Origin: Reyranellaceae bacterium
GTDB lineage: Bacteria > Pseudomonadota > Alphaproteobacteria > Reyranellales > Reyranellaceae
DNA: 64,000 nt
NCBI GenBank assembly: GCA_022844045.1
Contig: JALHMM010000016.1
Location: 19,806 to 83,805, forward strand
Direction: 5' to 3'
Made by a program: the position numbers and the translations under genes. A model generated the notes under the pieces. That model ran no database searches and was not told the origin of the DNA. It saw nothing but the letters and a program-made list of their open reading frames with translations. Positions 18,327 through 27,653 of this stretch are shown here, one piece after another (positions within the stretch are counted from its first letter, which is position 1; every line of letters starts with the position of its first letter).

Positions 18327-18983
18327 TCAGGCGGCGGCGATCGCCGGGTTGTTGCTGGCGGTGGCGGTGGCGAAGGTTGGTCGGGCGTTGGCGCGCGCTT
18401 CGTAGGCGAGCGCCGCGTCCGACACGATCACGCCGTAGCGCCCGGCCCAGGTGAGCGTGGTCGCGAGGATGATGTCGGCCGCGCTGAAGCGGTCGCCGGT
18501 GATATAGCGACGACCATCGCCCAGCGCGCGCTCGACGCTGCGCATCTGCTTGTGGAAGTAGGCGACCGCCGCCTCGTTGGCCTTCGGCGCCTCGCCGTAG
18601 ATGTGCTTGAGGCTGTCGTGCCGGCGCAGGACGTAGAGCGACGTGGCGTCGAGCTCGGTCGCCGCGAACAGGCACCATTCCATGCAGGTCGCGCGCTCGC
18701 GCGCGCCGGTGGGCACCAGCCGGTTGTCGTCGCGGCCATAGGCGTCCGAGAGATAGGCGACGATCGCCACGCTTTCCGTGATCGTCAGCTCGCCGTCCTG
18801 CAGCAACGGGATCTTCTGACGGGCGTTGAGCGCGGTGTATTCGGCCGTCTCCATGTCGGGCGTCCGGGTCCGGATCGGCCGGATTTCATAATCGAGGCCG
18901 AGTTCGTGCATCGCCCAGTGCGCACGGATCGTGCGCGCGCTCGCGACACCCCACAGGATCAAGCCACTCTTTCCAGCCGGCAT
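18327..18983 (-). CDS. glutathione S-transferase
   Basis: Start at MPAGKSGLILWG. Carries KIPLLQDGELTITESVAIVAYL. The upstream part of track ORF 18327..19451 runs through a repeat. Confidence 0.8.
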   Translation of the reverse strand: MPAGKSGLILWGVASARTIRAHWAMHELGLDYEIRPIRTRTPDMETAEYTALNARQKIPLLQDGELTITESVAIVAYLSDAYGRDDNRLVPTGARERATCMEWCLFAATELDATSLYVLRRHDSLKHIYGEAPKANEAAVAYFHKQMRSVERALGDGRRYITGDRFSAADIILATTLTWAGRYGVIVSDAALAYEARANARPTFATATASNNPAIAAA

Positions 18984-19021
18984 TCTCTCTCTCCAGGGCC
19001 CAGGGCGATGGATTCCGATCC

Positions 19022-19147
19022 TACCTTCCCCCGGAGGGGGAAGGTGCCCGGAGGGCGGATGGGGGATGTTGAAGACGAACACGGGAGTCCGTCTTCGACA
19101 TCCCCCATCCGTCGCTGCGCGCCACCTTCCCCCTCCGGGGGAAGGTA
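19022..19147. repeat. 124-bp nested palindromic element (family 1)
   Basis: Same termini and core as 6198..6321. Confidence 0.85.
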
Positions 19148-19177
19148 AATTCCATTCCATATGCGATCGCCCTGCCG

Positions 19178-20374
19178 TCACTCCGCCTGCTTCGCCGCGC
19201 GCGCCGCCCGTGACGCCTTGAGCGCGCCGATGTCCTCGGCAAGATAGCCGGCTTCGGCGAGGATCGCGTCGGTATGTTCGCCGATGCGCGGCGCGGGCCC
19301 AGCGATGCGGGCCGGTGTCGCGGAGAACCGCGCGGCCGGACGGGGCTGGCGCACGGTGCCGAATGTCGGCTGCTCCAGGGTCTCGATCAGGCCATTGTTG
19401 ATCACCTGGGCGTCGTTCATGACCTCGCCGCGCCGCAGCACCGGCGCGCACGGCACGTCGGCCGCGTCGAGCCGGTCGAGCCAGTCCCGGCTATGACCGG
19501 TCGCCAGGACTTCGCCCACCAGCCGCAGCCGTTCGGCCGCGTTCGCCGACCGCCCCGAGGGCGCCTTGAAGCGCGGATCGTCGATCCACTCCGGGTGTCC
19601 CAGCACGCCGCACAGGCCGCGCCACTCCTCATCGGAGACCGAGCCGACGGTGATGTAGCCGTCGAGCGTCTTGAAGATGAGATCGGGTCGCGCGGTCGGA
19701 TTGACGCCGCCGCCTTCCTTGCCGACCACGGTGTACTGCGTCATCGCCTCGGGCCAGATGAAGGCGACCATCGTGTCCAGCATGGACAGCCGAATGTGCT
19801 GGCCTTCGCCGGTGCGCGCGCGCGCCACGAGCGCGGCGCAGATCGCCTGGGCGCCGAACACACCGGTGGTCTTGTCCGCGACGATGGTGCGGATCATCTG
19901 CGGCCGGCCCGTCGACTGGTCGGCCTGCACGTCGGCGAGCCCCGACAGGGACTGGATGATCGGGTCGTAGACACGCTTCTTCACGTAGGGGCCGGTCTCG
20001 CCGACGCCCGAGATCGAGAGGTACACGAGCCGGGGATTGAGCGTGCGCATGGCCGGCTCGTCGAGCCCGAGCCGCTCCATGGTGCCGGGCCGGAAATTCT
20101 GCACGAGCACGTCGGCGGTGGTGATCAGCTTGCGCAGCGCCTCGATCGCCTCCGGTCGCTTCAGGTCGAGCGCGACCGACCGCTTGCCGCGATTGGACGA
20201 CACGAACAAGGCCGTGAACTCGCCGTCGCCGGCCGTGCGGCGCGCGATGTCGCCACCGGGCGGCTCGATCTTGATGACGTCGGCGCCCTGATCGGCCAGC
20301 AACATCGTGCAGACCGGTCCGGAGATGACCGTCGTGAGATCGATGACCCGTATGCCCGCCAGTGGTCCCGCCAT
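19178..20374 (-). CDS. CaiB/BaiF family (class III) CoA-transferase
   Basis: Start at MAGPLAGIRVIDLTTVISGP. Carries LLADQGADVIKIEPP. Confidence 0.9.
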   Translation of the reverse strand: MAGPLAGIRVIDLTTVISGPVCTMLLADQGADVIKIEPPGGDIARRTAGDGEFTALFVSSNRGKRSVALDLKRPEAIEALRKLITTADVLVQNFRPGTMERLGLDEPAMRTLNPRLVYLSISGVGETGPYVKKRVYDPIIQSLSGLADVQADQSTGRPQMIRTIVADKTTGVFGAQAICAALVARARTGEGQHIRLSMLDTMVAFIWPEAMTQYTVVGKEGGGVNPTARPDLIFKTLDGYITVGSVSDEEWRGLCGVLGHPEWIDDPRFKAPSGRSANAAERLRLVGEVLATGHSRDWLDRLDAADVPCAPVLRRGEVMNDAQVINNGLIETLEQPTFGTVRQPRPAARFSATPARIAGPAPRIGEHTDAILAEAGYLAEDIGALKASRAARAAKQAE

Positions 20375-20487
20375 GGTGCTCTCCCCGCTTCCGCCGATGT
20401 CCACGCCTAGCATTTTTTATCGGCGCTCGCAGATCGAGCTCGCGGGGCCAGGCGCCTCGCGGCTGGAGCGACGAGGGATTCATGGTG

Positions 20488-20673
20488 TCTTCCTGGGACC
20501 GCCGGCGTCCCGCCGGCATCTTGAAGAAGACGAACCACAGAGACACAGAGACACAGAGGAAAACGAAAAGAGAGGGCAAACGCGGCAGTATCGGTCTTCT
20601 CGTCTTTGTTTTCCTCTGTGTCTCTGTGCCTCTGTGGTTGGCCTCTTGAGCCGGCGGGACGCCGGCGCTCCCA
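20488..20673. repeat. about 190-bp long-armed palindromic element (family 2)
   Basis: tcttcctgggaccgccggcgtcccgccggcatcttgaagaagacgaaccacagagacacagag...ctctgtgcctctgtggttggcctcttgagccggcgggacgccggcgctccc. Confidence 0.85.
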
Positions 20674-20691
20674 AAGAGATCCCTCGCCGCT

Positions 20692-21756
20692 CTAGCCATC
20701 CATGATCCACTCGGCGTTGGAGTGGCGCGCGACGTCGCGGACCTTCGCCAGCAGTCCCGGCCCGACCGGGATACCCGTTTCGCGGCGCAGCGCGGCCGTC
20801 CGCCGCTCCGGATCGCCCGCGACCTGAACCGGTTTGCCCGGATCGACAGGCTTCGTCGCGCGCAGCGTGTCGCAGAACGACGCGACATCGGCGCGGAAAT
20901 CGCCGGCGTCGCGGAACAGGCCGGGATCGATCGCCAGCATGAAATGGCCGATGTCCATCGTGCCGGCTTTCTTGGTGTGCACAGGATCGGTCACCATCGT
21001 GGCGCCCGACAGCGCTGAGGACAGGATGTTGACCATGGCGGCCAGCCCGTAGCCTTTGTGGCTGCTGCCGTCAGGCGTGCCGCCGAGCGGCGTCATGAAG
21101 CCGCCCTTGCTGACCTCGCGCGGATCCGTGCTGGGCTTGCCGTCGGCCGTGACCAACCAGCCAGGCGGCGTCGGCAGATTCTCGTTCGCCTTGTTGCGGA
21201 TCTTGCCGGCGGCCACGGTCGTCGTCGCCATGTCGAGCAGGAAGGGCTCGCCCGGCTTGCCGGGCGCACCGAACGCGATCGGATCGGTGCCGAGCCGCGC
21301 CTGCGCGCCGTGTGTCGGCGCGACCTGGATGCCGCTCGCCGAGGTCGTCACCATGCCGATCAGGCCGGCTTCGACCGCCATCAGCGCGTAGAAGCCGCAG
21401 GCGCCAAAATGCGCGGAGTTGCGCACCGGCACGATGCCGACGCCGATCGTCTTGGCTTTCTCGATGGCGGTCGCCATGGCCAGCCGCGCCGCGGGATGGC
21501 CGAGCCCGCCGCCGCCATCGACCAGCGCCGACACCGGCGTGTGCCGGGACACCGTGGGCACCACGCTCATGTCGATCTTGCCGGCGCGGCGCCGCTCGTC
21601 GTAGGGCGGCACCATCGAGATGCCGTGCGTGTCGATGCCGTGCAGGTCGGCCCAGCTCATGATCTCGGCGGTGTCGGCGGCGATCGGCTCGGCCATGCCC
21701 CAGGCCCGCAGGATCAGTTCGAGCTGACGACGATGGGTCGCGTATGATGCGGGCAT
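20692..21756 (-). CDS. Ldh2 family malate/L-lactate/ureidoglycolate-type dehydrogenase
   Basis: Start at MPASYATHRR. Carries GIDTHGI, NSAHFGA and HKGYGLA motifs. The upstream extension in the track ORF crosses a repeat. Confidence 0.85.
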   Translation of the reverse strand: MPASYATHRRQLELILRAWGMAEPIAADTAEIMSWADLHGIDTHGISMVPPYDERRRAGKIDMSVVPTVSRHTPVSALVDGGGGLGHPAARLAMATAIEKAKTIGVGIVPVRNSAHFGACGFYALMAVEAGLIGMVTTSASGIQVAPTHGAQARLGTDPIAFGAPGKPGEPFLLDMATTTVAAGKIRNKANENLPTPPGWLVTADGKPSTDPREVSKGGFMTPLGGTPDGSSHKGYGLAAMVNILSSALSGATMVTDPVHTKKAGTMDIGHFMLAIDPGLFRDAGDFRADVASFCDTLRATKPVDPGKPVQVAGDPERRTAALRRETGIPVGPGLLAKVRDVARHSNAEWIMDG

Positions 21757-21824
21757 GGTTCGGTCCTGACGCTGGTCGATGGCGCGCGAGCCTAAAGCAT
21801 CGAACGCCAAAAGGAACTCCGCTA

Positions 21825-22019
21825 TCTTCCTGGGAGCGTCGGCGTCCCGCCGGCATCTCGAAGAAGACGAACCACAGAGACACAGAGACACAGAGGAAAA
21901 CCAAGAGAGGGCAAGACGCGCGCGAAGCGCGCAGTACTGGTCTTCTCGTCTTTGTCTTCCTCTGTGTCTCTGTGTCTCTGTGGTTGGCCTCATGATGCCG
22001 GCGGGACGCCGGCGCTCCC
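21825..22019. repeat. about 190-bp long-armed palindromic element (family 2)
   Basis: Same architecture as 20488..20673. Confidence 0.85.
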
Positions 22020-22050
22020 AAAGACGCGAACGTCGCGGCGGAGAAGATCG

Positions 22051-22950
22051 ATGACCATGCAGCTCGGCGCTTCCATCCCGGTCGGCGACCTCGGCCCCGG
22101 CCCGCAGGTGATGCGCGACTACGCGCAGGCCGTCGAGGGGCTGGGCTTCGACTATCTGGTCGCGCCCGACCACGTGATTGGCATCGATCCGGCCAAGGTG
22201 CAGCCCGGTCAGCGCGGGTCGAACGCCACGGCCTATCACGATCCCTTCGTGCTGTTCGGCTTCCTCGCCGGCGTGACCAAGAAGATCGGCTTCGCCGCCG
22301 GCGTGCTCATCCTGGCGCAGCGCCAGGCGGCGCTGGTCGCCAAGCAGGCGGCGTCGCTCGACGCGCTGTGCGAGGGACGCTTCCGGCTGGGCGTCGGCGT
22401 CGGCTGGAACGAGATCGAGTTCCAGGGTCTCGGCATGGACTTCCACACACGCGGCGTGCGCTCGGCCGAGCAGGTCCGCTTCATGCAGGCGCTATGGGCC
22501 AAGGACGGCATCACCTTCAAAGGCAAGTACCACGAACTCATCGACGGCGGCATCAATCCCCGGCCGAAATCCGGCAAGGTGCCGGTGTGGTTCGGCGGGC
22601 ACGCCGAGCAGACCTTGAAGCGCGTCGCCAAGTACGGCGACGGCTTCATGCCCAATCGCTGGCCGCCGGGCGACGAGGTGCTGAAGATCTTCGATCGGCT
22701 ACGGGGCATGATCAAGGACGCCGGCCGCAAGCCCGAAGATGTCGGCCTCGAAGTCTGGGTCTCGCCCGGCAAGGGCACGCCCGACGACTGGCGCCGCGAG
22801 ATCGCGTTCTGGAAGAAGGCGGGCGTTGGCCACGTGCTGGCGCACACGACCTTCACCAGCGCGCTGCACGAGCGCATCAAGGGCAAGTCCTACGACGATC
22901 ACCTCACCGCGGTGAGCCGCTATCGCGACGCGGTGAAGGACCTGCTGTAA
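22051..22950 (+). CDS. LLM-class F420-dependent oxidoreductase
   Basis: Start at MTMQLGASIP. Carries APDHV and GRFRLGVGVGWNEIEF. Confidence 0.85.
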   Translation: MTMQLGASIPVGDLGPGPQVMRDYAQAVEGLGFDYLVAPDHVIGIDPAKVQPGQRGSNATAYHDPFVLFGFLAGVTKKIGFAAGVLILAQRQAALVAKQAASLDALCEGRFRLGVGVGWNEIEFQGLGMDFHTRGVRSAEQVRFMQALWAKDGITFKGKYHELIDGGINPRPKSGKVPVWFGGHAEQTLKRVAKYGDGFMPNRWPPGDEVLKIFDRLRGMIKDAGRKPEDVGLEVWVSPGKGTPDDWRREIAFWKKAGVGHVLAHTTFTSALHERIKGKSYDDHLTAVSRYRDAVKDLL

Positions 22951-23017
22951 GAGCCAGCACGCCGCGATGTCGGCATCGGCGACGAACCCGAGTTGGCCGA
23001 TGCTGGAATGTCAGATG

Positions 23018-23080
23018 TTAATAGACATTATGCCGGTTATTAATATACATTCTGCCGGGTCATAATTGACATACTGGCAT
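23018..23080 (+). promoter_or_regulatory. three direct repeats phased at 22 bp upstream of fic (putative operator or iteron-like site)
   Basis: ttaatagacattatgccgg, ttaatatacattctgccgg and taattgacatactggca. The ACAT cores sit at 23025, 23047 and 23069. Confidence 0.4.
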
Positions 23081-23100
23081 TCCGATGCCACGCCCCGCAC

Positions 23101-24270
23101 ATGATCTACGCCGTACCCAAGCTCGGCCAGGCTGACCACGAGGTGCTGGCGCTCATCGCCGACCAGAAAGAACGCCTGCGCCTGTTCACCCAGAACAGTC
23201 CCAATCGCTGGATGGGCTCCTTGCGGCGCAGCACCTTCGCGCGCGCGATCGTTGGATCGAACAGCATCGAGGGCTATCACGCGACCGTCGGCGATGCGAT
23301 CGCGGTGGTGCAGCACGAGCAGACCATGGAGGCGTCGGACGAGACCGTGGCCGCCCTTCAGGGCTACCGCGACGCCATGACCTACATCATGCAGGCGGCC
23401 AGCGATCCGTATTTCGAGTTCTCGCAGCAGTTCCTGAAAAGCTTGCAGTTCATGATGATCCGTCACGACATGACGAAGAATCCCGGGCAATGGCGGCCTG
23501 GGGCGATCTTCATCGTCGAGCAGGCGACGGGAAAAACCGTCTATGACGGCCCCGAGGCGGAACAGATCAATGCGCTGATCGAGGAGCTCATCGCGTTCCT
23601 GAAGGCCGATAACGGCACGCCTGTCGCCGTCCGCGCGGCGATGGCCCACCTCAATCTGACGATGATCCACCCCTTCAAGGATGGAAACGGGCGGATGGCG
23701 CGGGCGCTACAGACCTTCGTGCTGGCGCGCGAAGGTGTCCTCCACCCCGTCTTCTCCAGCATCGAGGAGTGGCTCGGCAATCACACGCCGCAGTACTACC
23801 GAATCCTCGCTGAGACCGGCAAAGGGCGCTGGAACCCGGGCCGCGACGCGCTGCCGTGGGTGCGATTCTGCCTGACCGCGCATCATCAGCAGGCGGCGAC
23901 CTTGATCCGCCGCAACGATGAATACGCGCGGCTCTACGAGCTGGTCGTCGCCGCCGTCGAAAAGGCGGGCACGCACGAGCGTTGCACCATCTCCGTGTTC
24001 GACGCCGCGCTGGGATGGCCGATCACCAACCCGCGCTATCGCGCCGACGCGGAGGTCGGCGAGTACATGGCCACGCGGGATTTGAAGAGCCTGTGCGAGG
24101 CCGGCCTGTTCGAGCCCATCGGCGAGAAACGCGGACGCTTCTATCGCCGGACAGCCGTGCTGGAGAAGATCCGCAATGCTGTTCGCATCAAGCGCCCGCT
24201 GGAGAATCCCTACGACCTCGTGAAAACGCCGACGCGGTATCGTTTGCCCTCTGCCGAAGGGCGGCGTTGA
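23101..24270 (+). CDS. Fic family protein (AMPylase-type) with C-terminal winged-helix-like region
   Basis: Full ORF. HPFKDGNGRMAR matches the canonical HxFx(D/E)GNGRxxR Fic motif. Confidence 0.9.
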   Translation: MIYAVPKLGQADHEVLALIADQKERLRLFTQNSPNRWMGSLRRSTFARAIVGSNSIEGYHATVGDAIAVVQHEQTMEASDETVAALQGYRDAMTYIMQAASDPYFEFSQQFLKSLQFMMIRHDMTKNPGQWRPGAIFIVEQATGKTVYDGPEAEQINALIEELIAFLKADNGTPVAVRAAMAHLNLTMIHPFKDGNGRMARALQTFVLAREGVLHPVFSSIEEWLGNHTPQYYRILAETGKGRWNPGRDALPWVRFCLTAHHQQAATLIRRNDEYARLYELVVAAVEKAGTHERCTISVFDAALGWPITNPRYRADAEVGEYMATRDLKSLCEAGLFEPIGEKRGRFYRRTAVLEKIRNAVRIKRPLENPYDLVKTPTRYRLPSAEGRR

Positions 24271-24292
24271 CGCTGTGTCGCGCGCTGTGCGG

Positions 24293-25996
24293 CTACGCGC
24301 GTTGCCGCAGCAGCCTGCCCGATGGCCGCGTCGGTGGCGTGCCGGGTTCGGGCAGGGTCACGCCGTTGACGATCACCGCCTTGACGCCCAGCGGCCGGCT
24401 GATCAGGCGATCCTCGCCCGCCGGCAGATCGTGCACGCGTTCGAGCTTGCTGGCGCCGACCGTAACAGGATCGAACACCACGACGTCGGCCGGCAGGCCA
24501 AGCCCCAGCCGGCCGCGATCCGTCAGGCCGAAGATGTCGGCCGGCCGTTGCGTCAGTTGATGGATCGCCTGCTCGAGGCTGATCGCCCCGTCGTCGCGCA
24601 CCCAATGGCCGAGCAGGTGCGTGGCGTAGCAGGCGTCGCAGAGCTGGCTCATATGCGCGCCGCCGTCGCCCAGCGCGATCAGCACGTTGGGGTCCTGGAT
24701 GATCTCGCGCACCTCGGCTTCCTCGAAGTTCAGCACGTTGGCGCGCATCTTGATGCGCAGGTCCTGGCCGGCGAGGTCGAACATCAGGTCGACGGGATCG
24801 ACGCCGCGCTCAGCCGCGACATCGAACAGCCGGCGCTCGATCAGCCTCTGATCGCCGATCGAGGAGATCACGAGGTTGCGGAACATCGCCCGCCGCGAAT
24901 CGCCTTCGGCTTGCTTGCCCATGAAGAACGCGTCGTCGGGGCCGGGCCCCGCCAGCTGCGTCTTCACGCGCGCGCGGAACGCCGTGTCGGCATAGACCGC
25001 CTGGCGCGCCGCGTCGTCGGGCGCGGCGCGCAGGCGCTCGAACGAGGCGAAGGTGTCGAAGACCACGGGCGAACGGAAATCGAACTCGATCTGGATCGGC
25101 CGGCAGGCGCCCTGCGGGTAGATCGGCAGCCCGCGCCCGATCAGCTCGCGCGACTTGTCGAGCTGTGGCCGGTGCGAGTTGGGCCCGAGCGAGCCCGCCA
25201 GCAGCGCCGTCCAGATGATCGGCCGGCCGCTCTTGTAGTGGAGTTGCTCGTACTCGTCCCAGCGCGGACCACGACCGACATTGTAGTGGATGATGCCGTG
25301 ACCCGATCTGCCGACGGCGTCGGCGATCTCCAGCATCTCCTCGAACTCGGCGAGCCGGCTCGGCACCGGCCGGCCGGAATAGCCGACATGGACCTTCGAC
25401 ACCGACGTCGCGAAGCCGACGGCGCCCGCGTCCATCGCCTCGGCCACGATGGCTTTCATCGCGGCGATCTCGGCCGGCGTTGCGGCGCGCGTTGTCGACT
25501 CATCGCCCATCACCGACAGCCGCACCGGCGTGTGGCCGACCATCACCGCGACGTTGATGCCCAGCGGCCGGCGCTCGAGCGCGTCCATGTATTCGGGGAA
25601 GGTCTCGAACGGCCACGTCGCGCCGATGCCGGCCTCGAGCGCCGCCAGGCTCATGCCCTCGACCCGCTCCAGGGTGCGCAGGATCAGTCCGCGGTGCTCG
25701 GGCTTGGTGGGCGCGACGCCAAAGCCGCAATTGCCGACCACCACCGAGGTGACGCCGTGCCACGGCGAGATGGTGAGCATGGGGTCCCACAGCACCTGCG
25801 CGTCGTAATGCGTGTGGATGTCGACGAAGCCCGGCGCCACGACCATGCTCGAGGCATCGATGGTCTCGCGCGCCGCATCAGGCGCGGCGCCGAGCGCCAC
25901 GACCTTGCCGTCGGTGATGCCGACGTCGCCCTTGAAGCGGGGCTTGCCGCTACCGTCGACGATCTCGCCGCCGACGATCTTGATGTCGTACGCCAT
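24293..25996 (-). CDS. N-acyl-D-amino-acid deacylase (D-aminoacylase) family amidohydrolase
   Basis: Start at MAYDIKIVGGEIVDGSG. Carries PGFVDIHTHYD. Confidence 0.85.
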   Translation of the reverse strand: MAYDIKIVGGEIVDGSGKPRFKGDVGITDGKVVALGAAPDAARETIDASSMVVAPGFVDIHTHYDAQVLWDPMLTISPWHGVTSVVVGNCGFGVAPTKPEHRGLILRTLERVEGMSLAALEAGIGATWPFETFPEYMDALERRPLGINVAVMVGHTPVRLSVMGDESTTRAATPAEIAAMKAIVAEAMDAGAVGFATSVSKVHVGYSGRPVPSRLAEFEEMLEIADAVGRSGHGIIHYNVGRGPRWDEYEQLHYKSGRPIIWTALLAGSLGPNSHRPQLDKSRELIGRGLPIYPQGACRPIQIEFDFRSPVVFDTFASFERLRAAPDDAARQAVYADTAFRARVKTQLAGPGPDDAFFMGKQAEGDSRRAMFRNLVISSIGDQRLIERRLFDVAAERGVDPVDLMFDLAGQDLRIKMRANVLNFEEAEVREIIQDPNVLIALGDGGAHMSQLCDACYATHLLGHWVRDDGAISLEQAIHQLTQRPADIFGLTDRGRLGLGLPADVVVFDPVTVGASKLERVHDLPAGEDRLISRPLGVKAVIVNGVTLPEPGTPPTRPSGRLLRQRA

Positions 25997-26033
25997 AGGC
26001 CTAACCCCGACTATCGTTGAAGGGTGAAGGGTC

Positions 26034-26231
26034 TCTTCCTGGGACCGCCGGCGCCCTGCCAGCGTCTCGAAAAGGTTCACCACAGAGACACAGAGACACA
26101 GAGGAAAACGAAGAGAGGGCAAAACGCGCGCGAAGCGCGCAGTATTGATCTTCTCGTCTTTGTCTTCCTCTGTGCCTCTGTGCCTCTGTGGTTCGTCTTC
26201 TTCAAGATGCCGGTGGGACGCCGGCGCTCCC
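26034..26231. repeat. about 190-bp long-armed palindromic element (family 2)
   Basis: Same architecture as 20488..20673. Confidence 0.85.
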
Positions 26232-26248
26232 GAAGATCCCTCGCCGCC

Positions 26249-27217
26249 CTACTCCACCTTCACCCCGGTGTACTCGATCATCATCTTCCAGTAGGCGAGG
26301 TCGTCCTTCTGGATCTTGGCGAACGCCTCCGGCGTGCTGCCGATCGGATCGAAGCCCAGCGTCTTCCACTTCTCCAGCGAGTCCGGATCCTTCAGCGCCT
26401 TGTTGATGTCGGCCGACAGCTTGTCGACGATCGCCTTGGGCGTCTTGGCCGGCGCGAACATGCCGTACCAGCCGTCGACCACGAAATCAGGAAAGCCCGC
26501 CTCGACCATGGTCGGCAGATCGGGCGCCGAGGACGAGCGCGTGCGGCAGGTCTGCGCCAGCGCCTTGACGCGGCCGGCGCGCGCCTGCGGCAGGGCCGAC
26601 GGCAGATTGTCGAACATGTAGGTGACGCGGCCGGCCATCAGATCGGGCTGCGCCTGGGCGCTGCCGCGATAGGGCACCAGCCCGCCCTTGAACGCCGCGC
26701 GCCGCACCAGCAGCTCGGCCGCGATGTGCTGGCTCGATCCCGTCACCGCGGCGTAGGTCGCGGGCGCGTCCTGCTTCTTGATCCACTCCACCAGTTCCTT
26801 GGGCGTGGTGGCCGGGATCGAGTTGGGGATGACCAGCACCATGCACGCCGTGCCGAGCAAGGTCAGCGGCTCGAAGTCGGTGATCGGATCGTACGGCAGG
26901 TTGGGATAGAAGATCTTGTTGGAGCCGTTGGTGCTCTGCGTGCCGAGCTGGATGGTGTAGCCGTCGGGCGGCGACTTGGCGACGAAGTCGGTGCCGATCG
27001 CGCCCGCCGCCCCGCCCTTGTTCTCGATCACGATGCCCGCCTTCCACGTCTCGCCCAGCTTGGCCGCGAGGATGCGCGAGAGCGTGTCGGTCGGCCCGCC
27101 CGGCGGGAACGGCACGACCCAGCGGATCGGCCGGCTGGGATAGTCCTGCGCGACAGCGGGCACGGCGAGGACGAGGCCGGCGAGGACGGTGACGGCGGCG
27201 GCGAGAATTCTGCGCAT
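26249..27217 (-). CDS. Bug family (TctC-like) tripartite tricarboxylate transporter substrate-binding protein
   Basis: Full ORF. A signal peptide is followed by YPSRPIRWVVPFPPGGPTD. Confidence 0.9.
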   Translation of the reverse strand: MRRILAAAVTVLAGLVLAVPAVAQDYPSRPIRWVVPFPPGGPTDTLSRILAAKLGETWKAGIVIENKGGAAGAIGTDFVAKSPPDGYTIQLGTQSTNGSNKIFYPNLPYDPITDFEPLTLLGTACMVLVIPNSIPATTPKELVEWIKKQDAPATYAAVTGSSQHIAAELLVRRAAFKGGLVPYRGSAQAQPDLMAGRVTYMFDNLPSALPQARAGRVKALAQTCRTRSSSAPDLPTMVEAGFPDFVVDGWYGMFAPAKTPKAIVDKLSADINKALKDPDSLEKWKTLGFDPIGSTPEAFAKIQKDDLAYWKMMIEYTGVKVE

Positions 27218-27250
27218 GGGAGTTCCCCTATCGGTAAGGCTCGCATATGG

Positions 27251-27292
27251 CTCCCTCTCACCGCGTACGGCGAGAGGGTTGGGGTGAGAGAG
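27251..27292. repeat. short GC hairpin repeat (family 4)
   Basis: ctccctctcaccgcgtacggcgagagggttggggtgagagag. Confidence 0.55.
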
Positions 27293-27653
27293 GAGTCGCT
27301 GGTTGCGCAGGGCGGTTGTGCGCCACCTGCCTCAGCCCCTCGCCCCAGCCCTCTGCCCGCTCGCGCTGATTGATGCACATATCTTTGTGCGGCGGAACGA
27401 CTCAGCGAGGAAATTGGGACTTCCGAGATGACGGGGCGGCGTGATGCTGTTGAGGGCACCTCGGTTCGGACGAGGTGCGGTCGCGGAGCGGTATTCGCCG
27501 GGTCGGTTCGCGGATCGCGCGCAAGTCGTCCGCTACGGTCGTTATCACTGGGCCTCAAAACCCTCTCGACGCTCCATAGCCCTTGACCATCAACACACCA
27601 ACCGCGCCAAGGCCGCAGCCTGACTTGTTGGTCTTCATTTCGGAGTCAGGCCA

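Noticed and set aside
20692-22446. 584-aa reading of the Ldh2 gene and other ORFs crossing the 190-bp palindromic elements (for example 21071..22021 and 26024..27373)
   Set aside because: The N-terminal extensions run through family-2 repeats and give the recurrent HRGTETQRKTKRG-type translation. The conserved protein begins at MPASYATHRR (21756).
27618-27651. Hairpin gcctgact-N18-agtcaggc just after the S8 stop, as the operon terminator
   Set aside because: It has an 8-bp stem, a large loop and no T-run. This is too weak to call, although it may still contribute to 3' end formation.
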